The notes under the pieces: generated by a model
Told to the model about the DNA's origin: nothing
Database searches by the model: none
The model's input: the letters and a program-made list of their open reading frames with translations, nothing else
Translations under genes and position numbers: made by a program
Shown: positions 19,575-30,643 of the stretch, piece after piece
Layout of the letters: each line of letters opens with the position of its first letter
Position numbering within the stretch: position 1 is the first letter of the stretch
Assembly: GCA_902578305.1 (NCBI GenBank)
Contig: CACHCK010000001.1
Coordinates: 261,746 to 325,745 of the forward strand
Reading direction: 5' to 3'
DNA length: 64,000 bases
DNA from: an uncultured Pelagibacteraceae bacterium
GTDB lineage: Bacteria; Pseudomonadota; Alphaproteobacteria; Pelagibacterales; AG-422-B15

Positions 19575-20290
19575 AAAACGTGCTTATAACTGGGGCGACT
19601 GGAGGAATTGGAAATGCTCTTATTAGAATTTTTTACGAGAATGGATACAATATTTGTGCAACAGGAACAAATAATGAAAAATTAAGTTTGATTCAAGACA
19701 CATATAAAGAACGTGTAAATTGTATTAAATGTGATTTATTTGACGAAAAAGAAATTGAAGATCTAGTCCTGAAATCTAATGAATATTATGGAAGTACTAA
19801 TGTTTTAGTGAATAATGCAGGAATTACAAAAGATAATCTCTTTATAAGGATGAAAGACACTGAATGGAATGAAGTATTAAATCTGAATTTAAAGTCAAAC
19901 TTTAAACTTACTCAATTAATTATAAGAGACATGATTAAATCAAGATGGGGCAGGATTATAAATATTACTTCTGATGCAGCTAAAATAGGTAATGTTGGAC
20001 AAGTTAATTATGTAGCTTCAAAAGCAGCTATTGAAGGAATGACAAGAACAATTGCTAATGAGGTGGCATCAAGAGGGATTACAGTTAACTCTGTATCGCC
20101 AGGATTTGTTAATACAGAAATACTTAAAACAGTTGATGAAAAAAAATTGACTGAAATGAAGTCAAAAATTCCATTGGGTAGAGTAGGCTCAATTGAAGAA
20201 ATTGCAAACGCAGTATACTTTCTATCTTCTAAAGAATCATCGTATATTACAGGTCAAGTGCTTCATGTTAATGGTGGCTTGACAATGTGA
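19571..20290 (+). CDS. fabG: 3-oxoacyl-ACP reductase
   Basis: TGATGGIG, NNAGITKD, YVASK, PLGRVG; fab cluster. Confidence 0.95.
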   Translation: MKNVLITGATGGIGNALIRIFYENGYNICATGTNNEKLSLIQDTYKERVNCIKCDLFDEKEIEDLVLKSNEYYGSTNVLVNNAGITKDNLFIRMKDTEWNEVLNLNLKSNFKLTQLIIRDMIKSRWGRIINITSDAAKIGNVGQVNYVASKAAIEGMTRTIANEVASRGITVNSVSPGFVNTEILKTVDEKKLTEMKSKIPLGRVGSIEEIANAVYFLSSKESSYITGQVLHVNGGLTM

Positions 20291-20332
20291 TGCATCTCGT
20301 AATACAAGTTAAAGAAATACTTAGGAGTTAAT

Positions 20333-20563
20333 ATGAGCGAAGTTTCAGAAAAAGTAAAAAAAATAATAGCAGAGCACCTTGGAATAGATGATATGAATAA
20401 GATCACGGACGATGCAAAGTTTATTGATGATCTTGGAGCAGATAGTCTAGATACAGTTGAATTAGTTATGGCGTTTGAAGAAGCATTTGATGTAGAGATA
20501 CCTGATGAAAAAGCTGAAACAATCCTTACCGTTGGCGATGCTATCTCTCATTTAGAAAATTAG
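20333..20563 (+). CDS. acpP: Acyl carrier protein
   Basis: [20 protein letters not shown]; SD TAGGAG. Confidence 0.98.
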   Translation: MSEVSEKVKKIIAEHLGIDDMNKITDDAKFIDDLGADSLDTVELVMAFEEAFDVEIPDEKAETILTVGDAISHLEN

Positions 20564-20573
20564 TAAATTTAAA

Positions 20574-21839
20574 ATGAATAGGGTTGTTGTCACCGGCATT
20601 GGCTTAGTGACTCCACTTGGTTGCGGAACGGGGAATAACTGGAAAAATTTGATTGGCGGCAATTCTGGAGCCAGAAGGATCACAAAATTTGACCCTGAAA
20701 ACTATAAATGTCAAGTTGCATGTGAAGTACCCCAGGAAATTGGTAATAAAGATTCATTTATTGCTGAAGAATGGATAGAGAAAAAAGAATTAAAGAAACT
20801 TGATGACTTCATTAAATTTTCTCTAGCTGCTGCACAAGAGGCTTTTCAAGATAGCAAGTTAAATAATATAAATGATCCAGAATCTAATAGAGCTGGTTGT
20901 ATTATTGGTTCTGGAATGGGAGGGTTACCTGGTATTGAAGAAACTTCACTAGCATTTAATAATGGAAAAAAAATTAGCCCTTTTTTTATTACAGGTAGAA
21001 TAATAAATATGGCTTCAGGCTATCTATCTATTAAATATAATCTCAAAGGACCTAATTATTCTACTGTTTCTGCATGTGCTTCATCTGCACATGCAATTGG
21101 TGAATCTTTTAGACTGATACAGCATGGTCAGACAGACATTATGATGACCGGCGGCTCGGAGGCTACAATTAGTCCAATCGGAATTGAGGGATTTACATCG
21201 TGCAAAGCATTAAGTACTGGTTATAATCATTGTCCAGAAAAATCCTCACGACCATTTGATGAATCACGTGAAGGCTTTGTTATGGGGGAGGGTGCGGCGA
21301 TACTTATACTAGAAGAAATGAATCACGCAATAAACCGTGATGCAAAAATATACGCTGAAGTTAAAGGTTATGGCATGTCATCCGATGCATTTCACTATAC
21401 TTTGCCTGAACCTTCTGGTAACGGCGCATTTAGAGCAATGGAAAATGCCCTAATCGACGCAAAAATTGATGCAGCTAATATTGAATATATAAATGCACAT
21501 GGTACTTCAACACCATCAGGTGATAAAGTTGAAGCATTGGCAATTGATAAAATTTTTGAAAATCATAATCACAAAATTAATGTTTCATCAACTAAATCAC
21601 AAATTGGACATTTGTTAGGAGCTGCTGGTGCAGTGGAGGCAATTTATTCAATATTATGTCTAAATTATAACAAAATCCCCTATAACTTAAATTTAGACAA
21701 TGAAATACCTACAAATAAAATTAACTTTATTAAAGAAAAACCTCTAGAATTGGATCTTAACAATATTCTTTCAAATTCATTTGGTTTTGGAGGTACAAAT
21801 GTATCTTTGGTCTTAAGTAAGTTTAATGACAACAATTAA
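20574..21839 (+). CDS. fabF: Beta-ketoacyl-ACP synthase II
   Basis: RVVVTGIG, ACASS, NAHGTST, GHLLGAAG, NSFGFGGTN. Confidence 0.97.
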   Translation: MNRVVVTGIGLVTPLGCGTGNNWKNLIGGNSGARRITKFDPENYKCQVACEVPQEIGNKDSFIAEEWIEKKELKKLDDFIKFSLAAAQEAFQDSKLNNINDPESNRAGCIIGSGMGGLPGIEETSLAFNNGKKISPFFITGRIINMASGYLSIKYNLKGPNYSTVSACASSAHAIGESFRLIQHGQTDIMMTGGSEATISPIGIEGFTSCKALSTGYNHCPEKSSRPFDESREGFVMGEGAAILILEEMNHAINRDAKIYAEVKGYGMSSDAFHYTLPEPSGNGAFRAMENALIDAKIDAANIEYINAHGTSTPSGDKVEALAIDKIFENHNHKINVSSTKSQIGHLLGAAGAVEAIYSILCLNYNKIPYNLNLDNEIPTNKINFIKEKPLELDLNNILSNSFGFGGTNVSLVLSKFNDNN

Positions 21840-22413
21840 TAGTAATAATCTTATCGTTGTAATTTCTTCCCCATCTGGTGCTGGAAAAACTTCTGTCTGT
21901 CATAGGCTGCTGGAAAGAGACGATCAACTAGGCCTTTCTATATCTGATACTACAAGGTCAGCAAGAGATAACGAGATTGATGGGAAAGACTATAATTTTA
22001 TATCCAAGGATGAGTTTAAGAGAAGAATTAAAGAAAATGCTTATATTGAATTTGCCACAGTTTTCGGTAATTTTTATGGATCTCTATATAGTAATATTGA
22101 AGAGCATTTCAGTAATGGTCGAGACATATTATTTGATATTGATTGGCAGGGGGCTACACAGTTAAAAAAGTCATCATATTCAAATATTATATCAATCTTT
22201 ATAATACCACCTTCAAAAGATACTATTTTTGAAAGATTAACATCTCGATCCAAGAGATCTGGAGATAACAAAGAGTCGATAGAGAATAGAATGAAAGAAT
22301 ATGAAACTGAAATGAGTCATAAAGATGAATACGATTACGTTGTCATTAATAATAAATTAGATGCGTGCGTGACAGAGATTGAGCAAATAATAAAAAATAA
22401 TAGAAACCGTTAA
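21826..22413 (+). CDS. gmk: Guanylate kinase
   Basis: SSPSGAGKT, TTRSAR, DGKDYNF, DIDWQGA. Confidence 0.96.
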   Translation: MTTINSNNLIVVISSPSGAGKTSVCHRLLERDDQLGLSISDTTRSARDNEIDGKDYNFISKDEFKRRIKENAYIEFATVFGNFYGSLYSNIEEHFSNGRDILFDIDWQGATQLKKSSYSNIISIFIIPPSKDTIFERLTSRSKRSGDNKESIENRMKEYETEMSHKDEYDYVVINNKLDACVTEIEQIIKNNRNR

Positions 22414-23207
22414 TCTATCACTTTAGTAAGGTTACAATAATCAGATATAGATAAATTTTCAGGTCTTAGATTCTCATCAATATCTAAATCAATTAAGTGA
22501 TGCCTATATTCTTTTAAAGTTGTTTTTATTTTTTTTCTTCTACTCATAAAAGCTTTTTCTAATAATTTTTCTAATTTAAAGAAATTTATATTTTGATAAG
22601 CTTTAATTGGTTCGAACAAGAGAACTGTTCCATTTACTTTTGGTTTAGGTAAAAATATTGATGCAGGGGCATTAATTAGTTTACTAACCTTACATCTCGA
22701 CTGGACAAGAACAGAAAGTCTGCCATATTTTTTGTTATTATGATTTGCTAAAATTCTATCAGCAACTTCTTTTTGAAACATTAAAATCATTCTGTTAAAG
22801 AATGATGGCCATTTATCATCTTTTAACCATAATGTGAGTAGCTTGGTTGAAATATTAAATGGAAGATTGCCTAAAATAACTACATTATTGTTAATTAAAT
22901 TAAAGTAATTAAAATCGTATAATAATGCATCATCATTACAAACGGTAATATTATCAGAACTTTTGTATTTTTGTTCTAATTCTCTAAACAATAATTTGTC
23001 TTTTTCAATAAGGTATAGTTTTTTAAATTTTTTTTTTACAAGAAATTCTGTTAATGCACCTTTTCCAGGACCAATTTCAATAAGTACATCATTCTCATCA
23101 ATCCTTAAGGATTTATCAAGTTTCAATAGAAAATTTCTATTGACTATAAAATTCTGCCCTAATGACTTCTTCGCATAGTGATTATTTATATTCGATTGTT
23201 GCTTCAT
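22410..23207 (-). CDS. rsmA: 16S rRNA m6,2A dimethyltransferase
   Basis: KKSLGQNF, EIGPG, GNLPFNI, QKEVA, YGRLSV, LRPENL. Confidence 0.96.
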   Translation of the reverse strand: MKQQSNINNHYAKKSLGQNFIVNRNFLLKLDKSLRIDENDVLIEIGPGKGALTEFLVKKKFKKLYLIEKDKLLFRELEQKYKSSDNITVCNDDALLYDFNYFNLINNNVVILGNLPFNISTKLLTLWLKDDKWPSFFNRMILMFQKEVADRILANHNNKKYGRLSVLVQSRCKVSKLINAPASIFLPKPKVNGTVLLFEPIKAYQNINFFKLEKLLEKAFMSRRKKIKTTLKEYRHHLIDLDIDENLRPENLSISDYCNLTKVID

Positions 23208-23796
23208 TCATCATATCTCTTAACATTTTACTGCTTTGTAGATCTAATTGTCTTTGAATTACCAAATTTTTTGCTTGTTCATTTGTTATTTCAGGATTTT
23301 TTTTGATTATTTCGTCAACCTCTAAATTGCTAACAGAAGTTAGTCTATAATAAAGACCATTAATCAATTTCTTCCAAGATAATTCCCCAATTAAAAGGTC
23401 TTTTAGCGCTTCATGTTTGATATTATTTTTATCTAGTAAATCGATAATTAGATTTTTATTGGTATTATTAACATCAAAAAAATTTTTTTCAAATTGAAGA
23501 TACTCATCTTCACTAATTTCAATCTCATACTCTTTTATTTTTTGACTTTTAAGTTTTTCATGAATTAATTCATCCACTGTATTATTGACTAAGATCTGAT
23601 TATTTATTGAGTTGAGACTAATTCCTTTAATTATAGCTCCTAGTTTTAATCTTTGTATAATATCATATGATGTTATTATCTCCTCATTAACCAAGACTGC
23701 AATTTTGTGTTCAATTCTATTTTGAGCTTTTAAATTTTGAGAGCTAAAAATCAAAACTACAAAAAAAATAATCTTTATTAACTTATAATAATTCAT
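23182..23796 (-). CDS. surA: SurA chaperone core (N and C domains only, no parvulin domain)
   Basis: Signal peptide, IAVLVNEEIITSYD, C-terminal helix LRDMMNEATIE; position after lptD. Confidence 0.75.
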   Translation of the reverse strand: MNYYKLIKIIFFVVLIFSSQNLKAQNRIEHKIAVLVNEEIITSYDIIQRLKLGAIIKGISLNSINNQILVNNTVDELIHEKLKSQKIKEYEIEISEDEYLQFEKNFFDVNNTNKNLIIDLLDKNNIKHEALKDLLIGELSWKKLINGLYYRLTSVSNLEVDEIIKKNPEITNEQAKNLVIQRQLDLQSSKMLRDMMNEATIEYK

Positions 23797-23800
23797 ACTG

Positions 23801-25894
23801 TTAATTTATAGATGGTCCAAACACCTTATTTTTTCCATAACTTCTAGTTGATCCAAAAGGCTTTAATACAATTGTAAAACTATATCCATCACTTTCTTTT
23901 ATGTCTCTGTCAATTGTCATATCCCTATAATAATTCAAATCCACACCTAAACAGTTGTCCTCATATAATAGGCCGTACTGGTAGCCAATATTTTTATTAG
24001 TATCAATATCTTTAGTTCCAGTAAATTTTAAAAATAAATTCTTTTCGAAATTATATTCTCCGCCAATTGCAATTTGTTCATTTGTAGTTGCATATTTTCC
24101 AGAAGTATAATCATAATCAATTTTAAGTTTTAGATTATATATTTCAGAATAGGTATTCATACTTATTGATTTGACATCAATATCTTTTCTATCAAAAACT
24201 ATTGAGCTATTGATATAATTATTTTTAATAGAAGCATCTGACGACAGGTAGTAATCTGACAGTTCTTCAGTTGTATCTGATTTGTTTTTATTTAACCTAA
24301 AACTCTGGCCAACTGTTAGTTTTAAGTTTTTATCTGAATTATTATCTATGAACCAGTCTATGCCATAATTGATTCTTGGACCACTTTCCCACTCTTTAAT
24401 TGATGTTGCACGGTTTGGTGAAAATAAATTACTATTTGATATTGCCTGCGCTTCTGTATAATTATTATATGGTGCTAAAATCGGCATTATCTTGGGGGTT
24501 AAAGTCTGATTTATTTTATTTGTCGTCTTAATTAGAGGAAGAGAAATAACACTGCTAAATTGAGGATAAAATCTAATATTATCTGTGTCTTTAGAACTTT
24601 TATTGTCTACTGAAATGGAAAGAGTCCTAAAGCTAGTTGTATTTTCAAAAAATAACCCACTCTTTTTATCAACTTCATTATGGTGCCAATTAAATTGTGA
24701 AGCTGCAAGGGTCGTATAACTATCATTTAAATTTTTATTAAAATCAAATTGATTTTTAATAGATATCTTCCCATCAAAAAAATCATTTTCAATATCATTA
24801 ATATTATATTTAACTCTAGGATATGCATATTCCCATTGCTCACCATCTTGAATTGCGAGGTGCTTATAACCAACAGTTTCAATTGACAGAAAACTTTTCT
24901 TGTCGGATTTTTCAAAATTAATACCTGATTTAAGAACAGTTAATTTATTTATTTTATTTTTTCTCATATAGGTGTCATTGTTGCTTGTCTGCAAAAATGT
25001 TTCAAGTGAACCATAGGGGTTGTAAAGTTTACCATTAAAAAATAAATGATTACTTGTTCCACCATTGTCGTCATTATCATCAATACTTGTATCAATATTA
25101 AAGTTTCCTATATCATTTAAATGTCGATAATTAAGGGAGTAAAAATCATTACTCTTTGATTGTATGGTTGGTGTAAACGTTAAATCTATATTGCTTTTAA
25201 TATTATAAAATATGGGTATTGAAAAAGAATCACCTAAATTCTGATCCGTTTCTACTGTTGGCATCAAAAAACCAGATCTTTTATTTACTGATGGATCTGG
25301 ATGAGAAAAATAGGGAATATAGAAAACAGGTACGTTAAACAAGTGTATTCTAGCATGGTCATAATGTATTGTTTTTGTTTTACTATCTTGAAAAATTTTA
25401 TTTGATTTTAACTTCCATCCAGGACAGTTTTTAATTAAGTAATCATCTGCTAAGCACGGCGTATATTCAGCATCCTTTAAGCTACTGATTTCTTCTTTTT
25501 TTACTATACTTGAACCAACAATTCTAGACTCGTCATCTAACCTTACTTTTACTTGAGTCCCAATAAAATTTATCATTTCATCATCTGTTTCAAGATTATC
25601 AAAAAAATAAGTATTTCCTTCAATGTCATTAAATATAATATTCCCCTCAGCCCTAATTAATGATTTATTTTCGTCATAAGACATTAGGTCTGATTGTATT
25701 TTTGACCCATTTTCATCAATTGCTACAGCGTTGCCTTTCGCCTCAATTAATCTCTTATCTTTTTCAATTTTTAACTCATCTGCAATTATTTTTATGTTTT
25801 GATCAGCTGAAATTTTATCTGATGAGATAACCACAAGCACAACAAATATATAAAAAATAATATAAAAATATTTTAATTTAAAAATTTCAGTCAT
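23801..25894 (-). CDS. lptD: LPS assembly outer-membrane protein LptD
   Basis: N-terminal jellyroll (ADEL..., YTPC, PGWKL), PVFYIPY..HPDP...RSGFL, YEDNCL; follows lptFG. Confidence 0.9.
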   Translation of the reverse strand: MTEIFKLKYFYIIFYIFVVLVVISSDKISADQNIKIIADELKIEKDKRLIEAKGNAVAIDENGSKIQSDLMSYDENKSLIRAEGNIIFNDIEGNTYFFDNLETDDEMINFIGTQVKVRLDDESRIVGSSIVKKEEISSLKDAEYTPCLADDYLIKNCPGWKLKSNKIFQDSKTKTIHYDHARIHLFNVPVFYIPYFSHPDPSVNKRSGFLMPTVETDQNLGDSFSIPIFYNIKSNIDLTFTPTIQSKSNDFYSLNYRHLNDIGNFNIDTSIDDNDDNGGTSNHLFFNGKLYNPYGSLETFLQTSNNDTYMRKNKINKLTVLKSGINFEKSDKKSFLSIETVGYKHLAIQDGEQWEYAYPRVKYNINDIENDFFDGKISIKNQFDFNKNLNDSYTTLAASQFNWHHNEVDKKSGLFFENTTSFRTLSISVDNKSSKDTDNIRFYPQFSSVISLPLIKTTNKINQTLTPKIMPILAPYNNYTEAQAISNSNLFSPNRATSIKEWESGPRINYGIDWFIDNNSDKNLKLTVGQSFRLNKNKSDTTEELSDYYLSSDASIKNNYINSSIVFDRKDIDVKSISMNTYSEIYNLKLKIDYDYTSGKYATTNEQIAIGGEYNFEKNLFLKFTGTKDIDTNKNIGYQYGLLYEDNCLGVDLNYYRDMTIDRDIKESDGYSFTIVLKPFGSTRSYGKNKVFGPSIN

Positions 25895-26996
25895 TTAAGT
25901 GCATTCTTTTTACATTATCTATTTGATATATAATAACTGCTAATATTACTACCATTAAAGGTAGCAGTCCTTTCGATGCTATTGGATTTAATTGTGATGA
26001 TGCTCCAAGAGCTTCTAGTAAATTAGATAGAAAGTATATAATAAAGATTATAACCAATGAAAAAACTATTGTTTTAGTAGATTTATCATTCTGTTTTAAC
26101 TTTAAAATAAGTGAGGACGCAAGTAGAGCTAAAGATCCCATAAAGAAAGGCAAAAATATCAAATCATACAAATGCATTTTAAATTCAATCGCAGAATATC
26201 CTAATCCTTCTAAAAAATTTATAAATGTAAGTAATCTCCATATTGATATATTGGAAGGTGACGATAGGCTATCAGTAATATCTTCTGGTTTAATATTAGT
26301 GCTATACTCAATATAAGAATAAAAACTTGCAGTTCCAAATTTTGGTGTAACCTGAGTATTTTTCATTTTCCATAAACCATCTTTAAGAACTGCATAGTTT
26401 CCATCAAGTCTTCCTTGAAAAGATCCATTTCGGTCATACTCAAGTATCATAAAATCTATTATGTGAGTACCTTGCTCTTTTATTTTTTGCGCATACAAAA
26501 CACTAGATAGATCCTTTTCAATATTTTCTTGTTTTAACCAAAGACCATTTTTTGTTATAGATGCAAATTTGTCTACGCGATCAATATATTTGTATTCTAA
26601 TTCGCTATATCTATTATCAAATAAGGCAGTTAGAGGATTGATTATAGTAATAAAAAAAACACCCAAAAAAATATAGAGAAAGACCGCGGGCATGGTTATT
26701 TTAATATTTGATATTCCAACCGCATTTATAATTATTTTTTCCGAGCCTTTAATTAAACTCAAAAATGCAAATAATGAAGAAAAGAATACAATTAATGGAA
26801 GAGTGAAGTATATAAGACTTAAAAAATTAAGAAGTGTTAATTGCGTTATTATATTTAAGGGTATATTCCTACCAGCAGATTTTCTAAATTGTTCTACAAA
26901 ATCACCAATAAATAAAATTACTGCAAAAACAACAAATGTAATTAAAAATGAGAATAAAAATTTTTTTAAGATATATATGTTAATTTTATTAAGCAT
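25887..26996 (-). CDS. lptG: LPS export permease LptG
   Basis: YjgP/Q topology, GLWLKQ, W...N, 3+3 TM helices. Confidence 0.85.
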   Translation of the reverse strand: MLNKINIYILKKFLFSFLITFVVFAVILFIGDFVEQFRKSAGRNIPLNIITQLTLLNFLSLIYFTLPLIVFFSSLFAFLSLIKGSEKIIINAVGISNIKITMPAVFLYIFLGVFFITIINPLTALFDNRYSELEYKYIDRVDKFASITKNGLWLKQENIEKDLSSVLYAQKIKEQGTHIIDFMILEYDRNGSFQGRLDGNYAVLKDGLWKMKNTQVTPKFGTASFYSYIEYSTNIKPEDITDSLSSPSNISIWRLLTFINFLEGLGYSAIEFKMHLYDLIFLPFFMGSLALLASSLILKLKQNDKSTKTIVFSLVIIFIIYFLSNLLEALGASSQLNPIASKGLLPLMVVILAVIIYQIDNVKRMHLND

Positions 26997-28104
26997 TAAA
27001 AATCCTTTTGAATTCTTTATGATCTATTAAAATATAAAAGATCAGTACTATTAAAAAAATTATAGGTAAAATGTAACTTACATAAACAAGATTACTTTTT
27101 TCTATTAATAAATTTGACATTGTTATTTGTATAATCTGAAATGTAAAAGCAATGATAGAGACTGTTGCTATGGGGATCAAAAAATTATCACCCGGCTTTC
27201 GTGAAAATTTCAACAATATAAGTGGAATAAAAGCAAAACTAAAAATATAAATTGGATTTGCAATTCTTGAATGTAATTCGGCAAATTGCTCTTTTTCATA
27301 TTTGCTAAAACTATCAATTTTTTTATTACTTAAATTTTTTAGTATATCTCTTGTAAATAGCTCATCTGAGTAAATATGACTATTTTCTTTTTTATTGTAA
27401 GGCGTAAGATTTAAGTCATATGTTTCAAACTCAATTTCTGAAATTTTATTTTCATTTTTTTCGAATATTTGAATATTGCCATTGAATAATCTTAAAATCT
27501 TTTTGTTTTCCTCTTCAATGAATTGTCCTTTCTGAGCAATATAGGTTTGCGGCTTACTTGAGTCCTTAAGATCATGTATTAATAAGCCGTTTATTTTATC
27601 GTCATTCCTCTCTTGAAGAAAGATTGTTAAGGTATCTGCGGGAGATATAAATTTTTTTTCTTTTAAAAATGATGCATGAATTCCAGAAGATCTAATATCT
27701 ATTATTTTATGCCTTATTTCGTTCAAGGAATAAGGAGTTATATAAATACTTAAGATATTTGATAATAAATAAATTAGTAATGCCATAAACAATATTGGCT
27801 TAATAAGTGTTTCTAAGTCGGATCTTCCTGATGCCCATAAAATGATCAGCTCACTGTCATTTTTTAAACGATTAATATTAAGCAAAATTGATAAAAATAA
27901 ACAAATTGGGATTGTAATTGATAGAATTTTTGGAAGTAATAAAATTATGTATGAAATATAAGATATAAAAGAAACATTATCGGAGGTTAGTAGCTCTATG
28001 TGTCTAAGACCCTGTCCCAACCAAAGAATTGAACTTAGGAGAATTATTAAAAATAAAAAACTTGAAGAGATTTCTCTAATCGCATATGTTGTAAATCTTG
28101 ACAT
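26989..28104 (-). CDS. lptF: LPS export permease LptF
   Basis: YjgP/Q topology, DSELIILWASG, LTIF, AELHSR. Confidence 0.85.
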   Translation of the reverse strand: MSRFTTYAIREISSSFLFLIILLSSILWLGQGLRHIELLTSDNVSFISYISYIILLLPKILSITIPICLFLSILLNINRLKNDSELIILWASGRSDLETLIKPILFMALLIYLLSNILSIYITPYSLNEIRHKIIDIRSSGIHASFLKEKKFISPADTLTIFLQERNDDKINGLLIHDLKDSSKPQTYIAQKGQFIEEENKKILRLFNGNIQIFEKNENKISEIEFETYDLNLTPYNKKENSHIYSDELFTRDILKNLSNKKIDSFSKYEKEQFAELHSRIANPIYIFSFAFIPLILLKFSRKPGDNFLIPIATVSIIAFTFQIIQITMSNLLIEKSNLVYVSYILPIIFLIVLIFYILIDHKEFKRIFNA

Positions 28105-28144
28105 TTTCTCAATTATATCAATATTTTGCTAAAGGTATATATGT

Positions 28145-29659
28145 ATGGATATTCAATTTAATAATTTAAGACAAGAAAAAGATGCTATAGCGCTAATATT
28201 TTGTGATAATAAGTGTCGGCTTATAGGTTATGGAAAAAAATTAGATCAACTATCAAAAAAGTACATATCAAATATTATTAAATCAGATATATCATTTCAG
28301 GAAAGAAACTCTAAAAATTTCGATTATTCAATAATACATCAACCTGCAAATTTAACTCTTTCAAAAATATACGTATTTAAATTAAAAAATTTCAAGGACT
28401 ATCAAATAAGAGATTTTCAGATCCTAGGTGGCCATCTAAATTCTCTTATTAAATTTTATAAGGAAAGTAATGTTATTATTTACCCTGATGGAATTTCTTC
28501 CTCTAAAGTCAGCTCATTAAATGCCATAAGCGAAATAATTCTTGGAATATCATTAGCTTCATATAGTTTCACAAAGTACTTTTCTAAAAAAGATGATAAA
28601 AAAACTAAAACAAAAAAGAAAAAAGTAAAAATCTACTCATCTCAGTATACTCGACTTGCAAAAAATTATGAGAGTATAAGTGCAATACATCAGGGCGTTA
28701 CTCTAACAAGAAACTTAGTTACTGAACCTCCAAATGTGATGACCCCACCAAAAATCGCTGAATATGCAAAATCACTTGGTGAATACGGGGTTGATGTAAA
28801 AGTATTAGGTGAAAAGGAAATGAAGAAGCTTGGTATGGGATCTTTATTGGGTGTAGGCCAGGGTAGCATACATGAGTCACAGTTGGTTATCATGAAATGG
28901 AATGGTGCAAGAAATAAGAAAAAAAAACCAATAGCATTTATTGGTAAGGGTGTTTCATTTGACACTGGAGGTGTATCATTAAAACCTTCAAATGGTATGG
29001 AAGAAATGAAATATGATATGGGTGGCTCAGGAGTTGTAATTGGTTTAATGAAAGCCCTTGCATTAAGAAAGGCAAAAGCCAATGTAATTGGCGTTGTTGG
29101 CTTAGTTGAAAATCATATTGGCAGCAAAGCGCAAAGACCTAGTGATGTGGTTAAGTCTTATTCTGGTCAAACGATAGAGGTATTAAATACAGATGCAGAG
29201 GGAAGATTAGTTCTTGCTGATGCTCTATGGTATACCCAAGAGCAATATAGGCCAGAGCTTATGGTTGACCTTGCAACATTAACTGGAGCTATAATCGTTG
29301 CATTAGGAGATGAATATGCAGGACTCTTTTCAAATAGCGATAAAGTAAGCAAGCAACTAGCAGAAGCTGGAGATATTGAGGGAGAAAAATTATGGAGACT
29401 CCCACTAAATGACAGGTACGACAAAATGTTGAATTCTCCCATTGCAGATATGCAGAATATTACCAATGGAAGAGGTCCAGGTTCTATTACTGCAGCACAA
29501 TTCTTACAGAGATTTGTAAATAAAGTTCCGTGGGCACACCTTGATATTGCTGGAACTACATGGACTAAACAGCCATTACCAACCTCTCCAAAGGGTGCAA
29601 CAGCTTTTGGTGTTAAGCTTTTAAATAGATTTGTATCTAAATATTATGAGGGTAAATAG
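28145..29659 (+). CDS. pepA: Leucyl aminopeptidase (M17)
   Basis: [45 protein letters not shown]. Confidence 0.96.
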   Translation: MDIQFNNLRQEKDAIALIFCDNKCRLIGYGKKLDQLSKKYISNIIKSDISFQERNSKNFDYSIIHQPANLTLSKIYVFKLKNFKDYQIRDFQILGGHLNSLIKFYKESNVIIYPDGISSSKVSSLNAISEIILGISLASYSFTKYFSKKDDKKTKTKKKKVKIYSSQYTRLAKNYESISAIHQGVTLTRNLVTEPPNVMTPPKIAEYAKSLGEYGVDVKVLGEKEMKKLGMGSLLGVGQGSIHESQLVIMKWNGARNKKKKPIAFIGKGVSFDTGGVSLKPSNGMEEMKYDMGGSGVVIGLMKALALRKAKANVIGVVGLVENHIGSKAQRPSDVVKSYSGQTIEVLNTDAEGRLVLADALWYTQEQYRPELMVDLATLTGAIIVALGDEYAGLFSNSDKVSKQLAEAGDIEGEKLWRLPLNDRYDKMLNSPIADMQNITNGRGPGSITAAQFLQRFVNKVPWAHLDIAGTTWTKQPLPTSPKGATAFGVKLLNRFVSKYYEGK

Positions 29660-30081
29660 TGGCAATTGAGAGAACTTTTTCAATTATCAAACCCGATGCA
29701 GTTGAGCGTAATAAAATTGGTGAAATTACCGCTATGCTTGAGTCTGCTGGTCTAAGAATTGTTGCGTCTAAAAGGATTCAATTAGACCAAAATAAAGCAG
29801 CCTCTTTTTACGGAGTGCATTCCGACAAACCTTTTTTTCAAAGTTTGTGCGATTTTATGTGCTCAGGGCCAATAGTGGTGCAGGTCCTTGAAGGAGAAAA
29901 TGCAATTCAAAGGAATAGAGAAGTAATGGGAGCAACTAATCCAGAGGAAGCTGCTGAGGGAACGATTAGAAAAAAATACGCTTTGTCTTTAGAAAAAAAT
30001 TCTGTGCATGGATCAGACAGCCCTGAAAATGCTGAAATCGAGATAAATCATTTTTTTGACGAGGCAGACATTATTTCGTAA
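29659..30081 (+). CDS. ndk: Nucleoside diphosphate kinase (GTG start)
   Basis: [29 protein letters not shown]. Confidence 0.98.
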   Translation: MAIERTFSIIKPDAVERNKIGEITAMLESAGLRIVASKRIQLDQNKAASFYGVHSDKPFFQSLCDFMCSGPIVVQVLEGENAIQRNREVMGATNPEEAAEGTIRKKYALSLEKNSVHGSDSPENAEIEINHFFDEADIIS

Positions 30082-30643
30082 GCACCAACTTAATGGCTTT
30101 GGGATAAATAAAATGTTCTTCTTTTAAGACCTTCTTAGAAACTGAAGTTTCTGTATCCTCTGCACTAATCTCTACTTCTCTCTGTAAAATAATTTCTCCA
30201 CCATCCATTTCTTGATTTACATAGTGCACTGTACAACCTGTCTTAGTTTCATTATTTTCTAGAACACGTTGATGAGTATTGAGCCCTTTATATTTAGGTA
30301 GTAATGAAGGATGTATGTTTATAATTTTATTAGGATAATGATCAATTAATTTTTTTGATAATATTTTCATATATCCTGCTAAACAAATTAGTTCAAGGTC
30401 ATAAGGTTTTAATAGATTGATAATCTTTTCTTCATATTCTTCAGTATTTTTAAAATTATGGTAGTCTAATGTAATTGTATCTAAATTATTTTCTTTTGCA
30501 AAACTTAAGCCGGGAGCATTCTTATTATTTGAAAAAACAACCTTTATTTCTGCTGGATACTCTTTTTCTTTACATGCATCTACAATCGATTTTAAATTTG
30601 AACCACGTCCAGATATAAAGATACCTATGGGATGCTTAATCAT
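30071..30643 (-). CDS. purN: Phosphoribosylglycinamide formyltransferase
   Basis: [30 protein letters not shown]. Confidence 0.97.
   Translation of the reverse strand: MIKHPIGIFISGRGSNLKSIVDACKEKEYPAEIKVVFSNNKNAPGLSFAKENNLDTITLDYHNFKNTEEYEEKIINLLKPYDLELICLAGYMKILSKKLIDHYPNKIINIHPSLLPKYKGLNTHQRVLENNETKTGCTVHYVNQEMDGGEIILQREVEISAEDTETSVSKKVLKEEHFIYPKAIKLVLTK

Noticed and set aside
20279-20308. TTGACA at the end of fabG as an acpP promoter
   Set aside because: The -35 is perfect but may simply reflect the GLTM codons, and there is no convincing -10 at 16-18 nt.
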